Below the pieces are notes generated by a model. It made no database searches. It saw nothing but the letters and a program-made list of their open reading frames with translations, and was not told where the DNA came from. Position numbers and translations under genes: made by a program. DNA of 32,454 bases from a virus (Duplodnaviria > Caudoviricetes), in the IMG/VR virus record IMGVR_UViG_3300027798_000142, positions 1 through 32,454 of that record. The stretch is one strand, 5' to 3'. The stretch's first letter is position 1. Each line of letters begins with the position of its first letter. Below, piece by piece: positions 25,640 to 32,454 of this stretch.

Positions 25640-26377
25640 TCAATCTTCTGACATATCACTGGCTGCCAAGTTGATGCGGGTCTTTAAGGCCGGAATGTCC
25701 TCTGGCTTGTCTTTAAAACCAATGGCAATGTAGCCGGCAAACTTGCCAGGGTCCGGTGGGATTGAGCCTCGGCACATGAATTTGACACCCTGCTTGATAC
25801 CCCACTCACCGACCTTGCTGCTTGGGTTGAACTCTTCGCACAGCACCTCGTTGTTGAGCATGGCCACCATGGCAGCATTGCGGTCAGCGCTTGCGTTAAA
25901 AAGGCTTGTGACAGTCCCCTCAACGGCCTTCTCTCTTGATCCATCAGAATTGAGCGCCAGCACAGTGGTGCGGCTATTGGTGGCCAAGTTGGCCTTGTGG
26001 ATCAGCAAGACAATGCCATCCACATCCTTCATCAGACTTCTGGCCGGAATGAGCAATTGCTCTTGCTTGGCCAGCTGGGGCATCTTGTCTTGAGTCGTAA
26101 TAGCATGGAGCAGCACTTGCCTTGAGTCCCAAGCAAAGTAGCCGGCAAAGGCCAGAAACGACAGCAAGATCACTGTGAACAATTTGAAAGGATTGTCCAC
26201 CCACTCGATCAGGCCAATGACCTTGCCTAGAGCTGAGTCGTCTTTTTTAGCCTCTTTAGGTGCAGCAGCTGGCGCGGCCAAAGTCACATTGACTTGGCTG
26301 GCCGGTGCAGGCTTTGGCCTTGACCTCTTAACTGGTGCGACCTTGGCCGCTGCTCTTTTGACTGGTGCTTTTGTCAT
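25640..26377 (-). CDS. Single-TM protein with GAF-like C-terminal domain (T4 holin T-like)
   Basis: Basic N-terminus, amphipathic helix, TM FKLFTVILLSFLAFAGYFAW, C-terminal KFMCRGSIPPDPGKFAGYIAIGF...INLAASDM; ATG 26377 coupled by ATGA. Confidence 0.6.
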   Translation of the reverse strand: MTKAPVKRAAAKVAPVKRSRPKPAPASQVNVTLAAPAAAPKEAKKDDSALGKVIGLIEWVDNPFKLFTVILLSFLAFAGYFAWDSRQVLLHAITTQDKMPQLAKQEQLLIPARSLMKDVDGIVLLIHKANLATNSRTTVLALNSDGSREKAVEGTVTSLFNASADRNAAMVAMLNNEVLCEEFNPSSKVGEWGIKQGVKFMCRGSIPPDPGKFAGYIAIGFKDKPEDIPALKTRINLAASDMSED

Positions 26378-26466
26378 TTCATTGCCCAAATAATGATGAA
26401 TGTGGACCAGACAACAAATGTTGCAATGCAGACCGCAGCAATGATTGCCACGGCCCAGTCTTTCAC
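26374..26466 (-). CDS. 30-aa single-TM peptide (not in ORF track)
   Basis: MKDWAVAIIAAVCIATFVVWSTFIIIWAMK; 4-nt overlaps at both ends. Confidence 0.55.
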   Translation of the reverse strand: MKDWAVAIIAAVCIATFVVWSTFIIIWAMK

Positions 26467-26630
26467 TTTAGGCTCGTAAAGATGATGCCGGCCATGCTGG
26501 TCAGCATGATCCCTGAGACCGCAAGCATGATGTTCTCTAGGCGCTTAATCCTGGCACACAGCATCTCATAGCGCAATGTGCAAACATCCACATGGGCATT
26601 GAGTTGTGCTTGTGTCGGGTCCATGGTCAT
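26463..26630 (-). CDS. Small coiled-coil + TM protein (XhlA/holin-like; not in ORF track)
   Basis: MTMDPTQAQLNAHVDVCTLRYEMLCARIKRLENIMLAVSGIMLTSMAGIIFTSLK. Confidence 0.6.
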   Translation of the reverse strand: MTMDPTQAQLNAHVDVCTLRYEMLCARIKRLENIMLAVSGIMLTSMAGIIFTSLK

Positions 26631-26773
26631 GCCTCTGGCGCTTCTTTTGGCACTTGCGCTTCAGCTTGCTCTTTGATTTTAAGAATCAGAGGCCAAACGC
26701 CTGACTTGCTTGGCAATTCACCAAGAGTCTGCAAGATAAAGTTAATCTCGTTAACGTCTAGTTCTAGCTTCAT
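26627..26773 (-). CDS. 48-aa protein downstream of tail fibre (not in ORF track)
   Basis: MKLELDVNEINFILQTLGELPSKSGVWPLILKIKEQAEAQVPKEAPEA; ATGA overlaps at both ends. Confidence 0.65.
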   Translation of the reverse strand: MKLELDVNEINFILQTLGELPSKSGVWPLILKIKEQAEAQVPKEAPEA

Positions 26774-27096
26774 TGTGTAGCCCCAGATGTTTGAGCCGCT
26801 TCAGCCGCAGCCTGTGCCGCTTCAGCCGCCAAGCGTTGTGCTTCTTGTTCAGCAGCAATTCGTGCTTGCTCTGCCTGATAAGCACCAACAACTTCAGCAG
26901 TCCAAGCCGTATTGCAAATTGCAACAACATTGGCGGGAACGCCTGTCAGGTCTTGTGCGGGTGTGAGGCTTGAACGATGGTAGGTTTGGCTCAGTTGTTT
27001 ACCATCTTCCATGATGCGTGTAGCTTCACGATATAGAACGATGCCGTTCTCGGTTACTGTAATTTGGTCAACAGTCGTGGTTTTGGTAAGTGACAT
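26770..27096 (-). CDS. Tail-fibre-associated (chaperone-like) protein
   Basis: SLTKTTTVDQITV.ENG...YHRSSLTP...V.AIC..AWT.EV; AAGGA RBS; follows the fibre gene. Confidence 0.65.
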   Translation of the reverse strand: MSLTKTTTVDQITVTENGIVLYREATRIMEDGKQLSQTYHRSSLTPAQDLTGVPANVVAICNTAWTAEVVGAYQAEQARIAAEQEAQRLAAEAAQAAAEAAQTSGATQ

Positions 27097-27111
27097 GATT
27101 TTCCTTTTAAG

Positions 27112-28443
27112 TTAATTAACAATATATGTAATAGTGGCATAGATATCTGTACCATTTTTAAATACAGAAAGGTTATCTGTCATGGTTGTACCAGCCGCAG
27201 TTAATCCGTCAAAGTGCAAAGTTGTTAAATTTTTGTCTAATATTGCCGTTAAACAAGTAACTGAAGTGTTTAACCCCGCAAAATAAGCCACAGCCGAACC
27301 ATTTTCGTTGTAGTAACCAATGCTAGGAGTTACAAAGGGTAATCCAGAAATTTTAAATGCGCTTCCTGTGCCAATTAAGTTGCAATACAAATTAAATACT
27401 ACAGTTACAATGTTTCCTATTTTTGTATAAGCACCTACTTGAGAAGCATATGTTGCAGTCCCACCAAGACTAGGTGTCCAAGTACCTTCCTCATAGTCAT
27501 CTAGCGTATTAGCGTTTGATGATGCTGATTGAGTTGCGGGGAATGTGATGCCTGTGCCATTTGCCGTTCTTGTTGCGCCAGCAAGAGAGAAACTGCCATT
27601 AGCATTTAAAACTGATGTGCTACTTGTACCAGCCGTAAATTGCACAACAGCATCAAGACTAGACCCATACGAAGAACCATACGCAATTACATAAGCGCTT
27701 GAATCTGAGTTTGAAAAAATTGAACGGCCCGTTGTACTTGGGCCATAAATCCAAGAAGTTCCAGATGTACCAAGTTTGATGTTGCCGTTTACTGTCAGCT
27801 TTTCTGTAGGCGAACTTGTACCAATACCAAAATTATTAGAGGTATCAAACCTAGCAGCTTCCGATGAATTTGTGTAATTGTAAAAAGACAATGGCCCTGT
27901 ATTGGTAATTCCCCAAATCTGAGCAGTTGCATTAGTTTTATTAAGAACTACGCCAATGTTATGTGAAGCAGTAGAACCTTGAATGTTTAGCAAATGAGTA
28001 TCGGTTACAGTTGTTCCACCAATTGAAAGCCGACCAGATGAATCAAACCTTGCGTCTTCCGTGCCGCCAGTAGAAAAAGCAACAGTGTCAGCCGCAGGGA
28101 AAAATATGCCAGTGTTAGTGTCGCCTGTGGTGGTAATGGCTGGTGCTGCTGCTGAACCCGCTTGAACTGTTGTGACACCAGTTACTCCAAGAGTGCCTGA
28201 TGCCGTAATGTTTGCAAAGCCTGCCGTTCCTGTCAGTGTCGGGCTGGCTGACAATACATTGCTGCCAGTGCCAGTGCTTGTTCCAACACCAGTGCCGCCT
28301 TTAGTGACCTTGAGCAATGGGCCTGCATCAAACAATGCGTCAATGGTGTCCAGATCGGTGTTGATCTTCGTTCCCCAGGTGTCAGTGGATGCACCGACTT
28401 CTGGTTTGGTCAGTAATAGGTTTGTTGTTGTGGTATCAGCCAT
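27112..28443 (-). CDS. Tail fibre / receptor-binding protein
   Basis: [28 protein letters not shown] anchor; [13 protein letters not shown]; RFD.S..GIGT repeats; [13 protein letters not shown]...YTKIGN.V distal domain. Confidence 0.85.
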   Translation of the reverse strand: MADTTTTNLLLTKPEVGASTDTWGTKINTDLDTIDALFDAGPLLKVTKGGTGVGTSTGTGSNVLSASPTLTGTAGFANITASGTLGVTGVTTVQAGSAAAPAITTTGDTNTGIFFPAADTVAFSTGGTEDARFDSSGRLSIGGTTVTDTHLLNIQGSTASHNIGVVLNKTNATAQIWGITNTGPLSFYNYTNSSEAARFDTSNNFGIGTSSPTEKLTVNGNIKLGTSGTSWIYGPSTTGRSIFSNSDSSAYVIAYGSSYGSSLDAVVQFTAGTSSTSVLNANGSFSLAGATRTANGTGITFPATQSASSNANTLDDYEEGTWTPSLGGTATYASQVGAYTKIGNIVTVVFNLYCNLIGTGSAFKISGLPFVTPSIGYYNENGSAVAYFAGLNTSVTCLTAILDKNLTTLHFDGLTAAGTTMTDNLSVFKNGTDIYATITYIVN

Positions 28444-28451
28444 TTTTCACC

Positions 28452-29213
28452 TCATGCGGCAATTTGCCAAGTTTCGCTATTATCCGCAATTGCAGTCCAA
28501 GTTTCACTGCTGTCAGAGATTGCGGTCCATGTTTCTGATGTGTCTGTGATCGGTGTCCAGGTCTCTGCATTGTCAGAGATCGCATTCCAAGTTTCTGCCG
28601 TGTCCGACTCAGGAACCCATTTTAGATTGCCATCGACAGTCATGGTCGATGTGCAAGTGAAATTGATTGCACCAGTTTGTGTGCGAGTGCTATTGACAGT
28701 CATTTCAGACTGGGCCGCCATCAGCACTGACGCGCCTAACACCACCTTGGTGGCCACAGTCATCGTGGCAAAGTCTTCAATCAGAATCTGGACAAGTGGG
28801 ACCCTGACCCCATTGACCGACATGGTGCTGACATCGACTGAGGCAAATGCCCCAATGGCCACTCGCCTGGCTGCAAAGCTAGCGCTTGATGTGGCCGCAA
28901 ATGTCGCTACCCCTACCGCATAGCGCAAAGCGCTGATTGACATTGTGCTGGCGCTTGATGCCGTGGCCGAGGCATTGGCCACCCTTTGTGCAGCAGCTGT
29001 CGCAGTGCTAGATGCGGAAACCGCGAATGATGCCGTCTTGACGACATTGGCCGAGACAGTCTCTGTGCTTGAAGCTGAAACAGAAAACGCGCCTTTGCAG
29101 ACGCGTTGACCATTGATTGCAGCCGTACTGGTGGCCGCGAAAGTAACCGCCCCAAGGCTTACGCCATAGGAATACTTCCCTTGTCCATACGGGCCAGAAC
29201 CATAGGCTGCCAT
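28452..29213 (-). CDS. Ala/Ser/Thr-rich virion structural protein with C-terminal ETW repeats
   Basis: YGSGPYGQGKY N-terminus; low-complexity beta-like repeats; five decapeptide repeats at the end. Confidence 0.7.
   Translation of the reverse strand: MAAYGSGPYGQGKYSYGVSLGAVTFAATSTAAINGQRVCKGAFSVSASSTETVSANVVKTASFAVSASSTATAAAQRVANASATASSASTMSISALRYAVGVATFAATSSASFAARRVAIGAFASVDVSTMSVNGVRVPLVQILIEDFATMTVATKVVLGASVLMAAQSEMTVNSTRTQTGAINFTCTSTMTVDGNLKWVPESDTAETWNAISDNAETWTPITDTSETWTAISDSSETWTAIADNSETWQIAA
28465..28612 (-). repeat. Five tandem 30-nt (10-aa) repeats, consensus D.(A/S)ETW..I.
   Basis: SDTAETWNAI-SDNAETWTPI-TDTSETWTAI-SDSSETWTAI-ADNSETWQIA. Confidence 0.85.
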
Positions 29214-29214
29214 G

Positions 29215-29613
29215 TCATGTCAATGTGACATCAAGGTCGCCAGCTGGGATGCGCAGCACATCGCCATCATTGATGGTGCGTGCAGTAGTGAGCGCTGCCC
29301 AGGCTAATAGATTGCCGCCAGTGCTTGCATCAAAGATGCCGGCCCAGCCAATTGATCCCCAGTTTCCACCGCTTGCAGCTGCAAATTCGATGGCCGCTGC
29401 GTTTGTTGCGTTTGTGGGGCTTGTGCCGGAGACAGTGATCGTGCCAGTCACCACTCGCGCATAGGCATTGCCAGACACTTCAGTGCCGCCACCAGTGTCG
29501 CTCGGTGCAGCCGTGAATAGGCCAACATACCAAACAGTGGGGCGTGTGGCAGAGCCAGTGGTCAAAAGCCAAGTTAAAACTAGGTTTTCGGTGTAATCGG
29601 TAAAAGATGACAT
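29215..29613 (-). CDS. Virion structural protein (small beta-rich tail/head-fibre base type)
   Basis: YVGLFTAAP.D.GGGTEVSG..YAR...GIFDASTGGNLL...I..GD...I.AG.L.VTL. Confidence 0.75.
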   Translation of the reverse strand: MSSFTDYTENLVLTWLLTTGSATRPTVWYVGLFTAAPSDTGGGTEVSGNAYARVVTGTITVSGTSPTNATNAAAIEFAAASGGNWGSIGWAGIFDASTGGNLLAWAALTTARTINDGDVLRIPAGDLDVTLT

Positions 29614-29621
29614 ATCAGTCC

Positions 29622-30245
29622 TTATCCAAAAGTCTTCGCACGGGTCAGCAATGCACCACCAGAAGATGCACTTCGATCATCGGCAGTTTGTGAATCATTC
29701 AAGGCTCGCTCATAGAGTGTTGCCCATGTCTGGATTCTCGCATCATCTTGCAAGTATGGTGCAGCCTGTAAGAGCGCACCATACAGATAAATATCGGGGT
29801 TTGATGTCAAAAGCCAGTTTGTCGTGTTGCTAGTTGATAACTTTGACAACTTCGCGTAATAGGTCAGCTCAGTCGTATATGTTGCATCTGGTGTCGGGAC
29901 AATTCTAAATTGGCCACCAACAATGCCAAAAAATTTAGGCTTGCCACTGGCCGTGTATTTGGTCATCTCATTGTCAAGCGCATCAATGCTCAAAAACTGC
30001 AATGGTGTCTCAGGGTTTGTGCTTGTGAGCTTCAAAGACTTGGTCTCCAAAAAGTCAGCAGGCACAGCACCATATTGCGCATCAAAAGACGCATTGGCCC
30101 TGACGATCATCTGCCTGGTGCGCAGTGTACGTTCCACTTGTGCCTCGGCCAGAGAGATAAAGTCAGGAATGACAGCAGTCAGGTCGGCTCGGTTGAGCCA
30201 GTCACCAATGGATGTCTTTAATTCCGCGTATGTAGTCAGTGCCAT
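29622..30245 (-). CDS. Head-to-tail adaptor (P22 gp4 / T7 gp11-like)
   Basis: MALTTYAELKTSIGDWLNRADLT..IPDFISLAE...NWLL...PDIYLYGAL; true start 30245. Confidence 0.78.
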   Translation of the reverse strand: MALTTYAELKTSIGDWLNRADLTAVIPDFISLAEAQVERTLRTRQMIVRANASFDAQYGAVPADFLETKSLKLTSTNPETPLQFLSIDALDNEMTKYTASGKPKFFGIVGGQFRIVPTPDATYTTELTYYAKLSKLSTSNTTNWLLTSNPDIYLYGALLQAAPYLQDDARIQTWATLYERALNDSQTADDRSASSGGALLTRAKTFG

Positions 30246-30895
30246 TATTGGGCCTCTTTTTCCATTTCTTCTTTCACAATCCAAGTGTGTTCATGGCGGA
30301 ATTCAAACGTGCCAATGTGGCCAATTTCCTTTGAAACGTCATGGTCGATGTAGACTTTGTAACCTAGCTCTTGAGCTTTCTTACAAAAGAACACATCCTC
30401 ACCCATGTAGCCCCGTGTGGTCTGCCATGGCATATCAAACCATGGCTCACTCATGCCCTCAAACACCTCGCGCTTGATCAGCATTATGCCCGTTCCAATG
30501 CTTCCCACCTCTTCCAATCCAGTGGATTCTGGCATGGTATAGACCACCTGGCGCTTGCCATTCTCGTCATAGTTCTGGGCCGTTGGGCCAGTGGGCATTC
30601 TGCGCCTGGCACAGTTGGCAGCCACAATTTCTTTGTCGTGCTTTAAGAGCCGCTGGACCATGTCCTGTGGGAATGTCATGTCAGAGTCAATGAAAAGAAT
30701 GTGGGTGCAGCCTTCTTTCATGGCATCCAAGCAAAGGTCAGCCCTTTGGTTTTGGATGATCGTGCCTTGCATCAATTTCAGACTGATAGCGTCTTCGGTA
30801 TTGAGTGTGTGAAAGGCCACCATATTCACCATGCAGTAGGTGTAATTTGTGTGGACCTGATCACGGGCCGGTGTGCAGACTGCAATGTAATTCAT
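30245..30895 (-). CDS. Glycosyltransferase-like protein (GT-A fold) inside the head operon
   Basis: IAVCTP, I..QR..L, THILFIDSDMTFP (DxD), GTGIMLIKREVFE, GEDVFFC, IGHIG. Confidence 0.8.
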   Translation of the reverse strand: MNYIAVCTPARDQVHTNYTYCMVNMVAFHTLNTEDAISLKLMQGTIIQNQRADLCLDAMKEGCTHILFIDSDMTFPQDMVQRLLKHDKEIVAANCARRRMPTGPTAQNYDENGKRQVVYTMPESTGLEEVGSIGTGIMLIKREVFEGMSEPWFDMPWQTTRGYMGEDVFFCKKAQELGYKVYIDHDVSKEIGHIGTFEFRHEHTWIVKEEMEKEAQ

Positions 30896-31209
30896 ACTTT
30901 CCCAGGGCGAGTTCTAAAAAATTGATTGTCGCTGTCGTTGAGCCAGCGCTTCATGTATTCCTGATCATCGATCTTGCCCTCGGCCTTCATCTTGTAATAA
31001 AGGGATTCGGGGATGGATGCCACCAAGTGCCATTCACCAGTCCAGTTGGCTTTCTCATCCACAGCGTTATAGATGGCCTTGTTGGCCTCAATCACCGCTG
31101 TGACATCTTGTTGGGTCTCAATGGTCACATCGCCAGTCTCTGGGTTTTCATGCCAGATGCGTTTGATGCCTTGATCTTTGTTTTCGCTAAATAGTCTTTT
31201 GTGAATCAT
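30892..31209 (-). CDS. Conserved phage protein following the capsid gene
   Basis: QQDVTAVIEANK...HLVASIP...WLNDSDNQFFRT. Confidence 0.7.
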   Translation of the reverse strand: MIHKRLFSENKDQGIKRIWHENPETGDVTIETQQDVTAVIEANKAIYNAVDEKANWTGEWHLVASIPESLYYKMKAEGKIDDQEYMKRWLNDSDNQFFRTRPGKV

Positions 31210-31212
31210 GTT

Positions 31213-31242
31213 AAAAAAAGGGCCAAGTTTCCCTGGCCCTTT
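31213..31242 (-). terminator. Rho-independent terminator after the major capsid gene
   Basis: Minus strand AAGGGCCAGG-GAAA-CTTGGCCCTT stem followed by a U run. Confidence 0.8.
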
Positions 31243-31256
31243 CCGTTTACCTTCGA

Positions 31257-32219
31257 TTAAGAAGTGATCAAGTCAGCAGCCAAACCATGGGCCAACTCAG
31301 AAGTGACCTTGTGACCCCATTCCACGATCAGCATACGCTTTTCAGCATCGCCAGTCTTGGCCAATTCGACTTGCTGATAAGGGCGCAGCATAGTCATTTT
31401 GGCGTAGTCAGGATCAAGAACCCATGCATCGCGCTCACGTTGGAATCTATTTGCAATGACCTGTACGTTTCCGAAATCTGAAACATAAATGTCAACCGCA
31501 CCAACCAAGGTGGCAGGCTTTGCACCGCCATCAATGTTGAAACGGCTGGAGGCAATACCAGAGAAGCCTGACACGCGCTGTTTGTTAACAGGACCGCACA
31601 TCAAAATCTTAGGTGTACCACCTTGTGACCACACTTTTTGAATCACATTCTTAAGAATGGTTTCAGTAAATGTGCGCACTGTGCCATCTGTACGGGCGCT
31701 GTTTGGCAGCGTTGTGTAAGATGGATCAGCACCAGTGGAGCCTTTGTCGGTGTTGGTTTTGATAAACGCACCCAAAGAAGCAGTAACGCGTGCAGTTGTC
31801 GAATCACCAGCCACAGCGATACCGCTGTTCAACATCACGAATTCTTGGTCGCGACGTAATTCAGCGCCCCTTTTCGCGATTTGGTAGGCCAGCTCACTGC
31901 GACGCCCTGCCTTGTTAACCACTTCCTCAGTGGCTGACAAGATGATTGTCTTGCGTGAAATCTGGCAGTAGTTTTGCATACGCACAGTTGCAGTCACAGC
32001 ATCAAACGATGCGACATCATCGCCCTCAAGCTGTGCGTTTGCAGCAGCTGCGGCAAGCGTATCAGTCTGATACTCAAACAAACTATTGGACACGTTTTCA
32101 CGGCCAATGTTTGAAGCATAGGGCGTTTCTTCAGGAGCTATATTTGTAATAATATTGCTCAAATCTTCCCGAATGCCTTTGGCACTGTAGGTAAGAAACG
32201 TGTTACTTACGATAGTCAT
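31257..32219 (-). CDS. Major capsid protein (SU10/DUF5309-like, HK97 fold)
   Basis: GIREDLSNII.NI.P.ETP, NAQLEGDD, NYCQISRK, ELAYQ..K...EL.RD.E, Y.SDFG, LAKTGDAEK; GAGGA RBS. Confidence 0.9.
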   Translation of the reverse strand: MTIVSNTFLTYSAKGIREDLSNIITNIAPEETPYASNIGRENVSNSLFEYQTDTLAAAAANAQLEGDDVASFDAVTATVRMQNYCQISRKTIILSATEEVVNKAGRRSELAYQIAKRGAELRRDQEFVMLNSGIAVAGDSTTARVTASLGAFIKTNTDKGSTGADPSYTTLPNSARTDGTVRTFTETILKNVIQKVWSQGGTPKILMCGPVNKQRVSGFSGIASSRFNIDGGAKPATLVGAVDIYVSDFGNVQVIANRFQRERDAWVLDPDYAKMTMLRPYQQVELAKTGDAEKRMLIVEWGHKVTSELAHGLAADLITS

Positions 32220-32226
32220 AATTTCC

Positions 32227-32454
32227 TCATTTCAATAAATGTTCAATTGCAGAAGCCGCATCATCGATGCGACCAGTTTTTGCAAGACGCTGCTTTGCTC
32301 GCACACTCTCAGTTGTTGTCGAAACCCGACCAGCTGCACCAGGCTTGGCTGTTCGTGGGCCATTGTTCACCACAGGCTTAATGCCTTGGCGCTTACTTAC
32401 CATCTGGTCAAACAGTGCCGCTTTGCGCAGCAGTAAAACCAGTCGGTGGTCGTA
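32227..32454 (-). CDS. Scaffolding protein, C-terminal part
   Basis: YDHRLVLLLRKAALFDQM...AKQRLAKTGRIDDAASAIEHLLK*, directly upstream of the capsid gene. Confidence 0.75.
   Translation of the reverse strand, partial: YDHRLVLLLRKAALFDQMVSKRQGIKPVVNNGPRTAKPGAAGRVSTTTESVRAKQRLAKTGRIDDAASAIEHLLK

Noticed and set aside
28465-28612. 30-nt repeats as CRISPR or a DGR template/variable repeat
   Set aside because: They are in-frame coding repeats with synonymous divergence; no reverse transcriptase and no adenine-specific variation.
1-32454. Integrase/att sites, tRNA genes, or stop-codon reassignment
   Set aside because: No recombinase motifs or cloverleaf recognised by eye; genes are intact under the standard code with tight start/stop overlaps.

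Overview
The window is most of the genome of a tailed dsDNA phage (Caudoviricetes) with a P22-like, podovirus-type virion module. It runs from the N-terminus of the portal gene (left edge) to the C-terminus of the scaffold gene (right edge), so probably only the rest of portal and scaffold is missing. Modules: (i) 143-3324, a cassette between terL and portal with a SAM methyltransferase, two GT-A glycosyltransferases, a Cys-rich protein and four tiny Lys/Arg-rich proteins; (ii) terL, then a string of small genes and a non-coding terminus/pac-like region with DnaA boxes, then terS; (iii) a replication module (VRR-NUC, iteron/palindrome origin with DnaA boxes, AEP primase-PriCT2-AAA helicase, DUF2800 nuclease, NinC/PAPS-reductase-like protein, HNH, SNF2 helicase, DUF2815 SSB) with no DNA polymerase; (iv) a Cro-like HTH gene and a rightward operon containing a C5 cytosine methyltransferase; (v) ejection proteins, tail hub, an elaborate lysis cassette, tail fibre, adaptor, a third glycosyltransferase and the major capsid protein. 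Best finding: the methyltransferase is dual-coded. Two overlapping reading frames give an alpha chain (motifs I-VIII, X) and a beta chain (motif IX), as in M.EcoHK31I. Both frames cross a 17-G tract that currently breaks both, and loss of one G repairs both at once. This is a candidate phase-variable switch, or else a homopolymer sequencing error. Other highlights are a T4-holin-T-like TM+GAF protein followed by RI- and RIII-sized partner genes, probable virion glycosylation genes, and strong TGGCCA enrichment. All family assignments come from visual motif recognition; no database searches were run.
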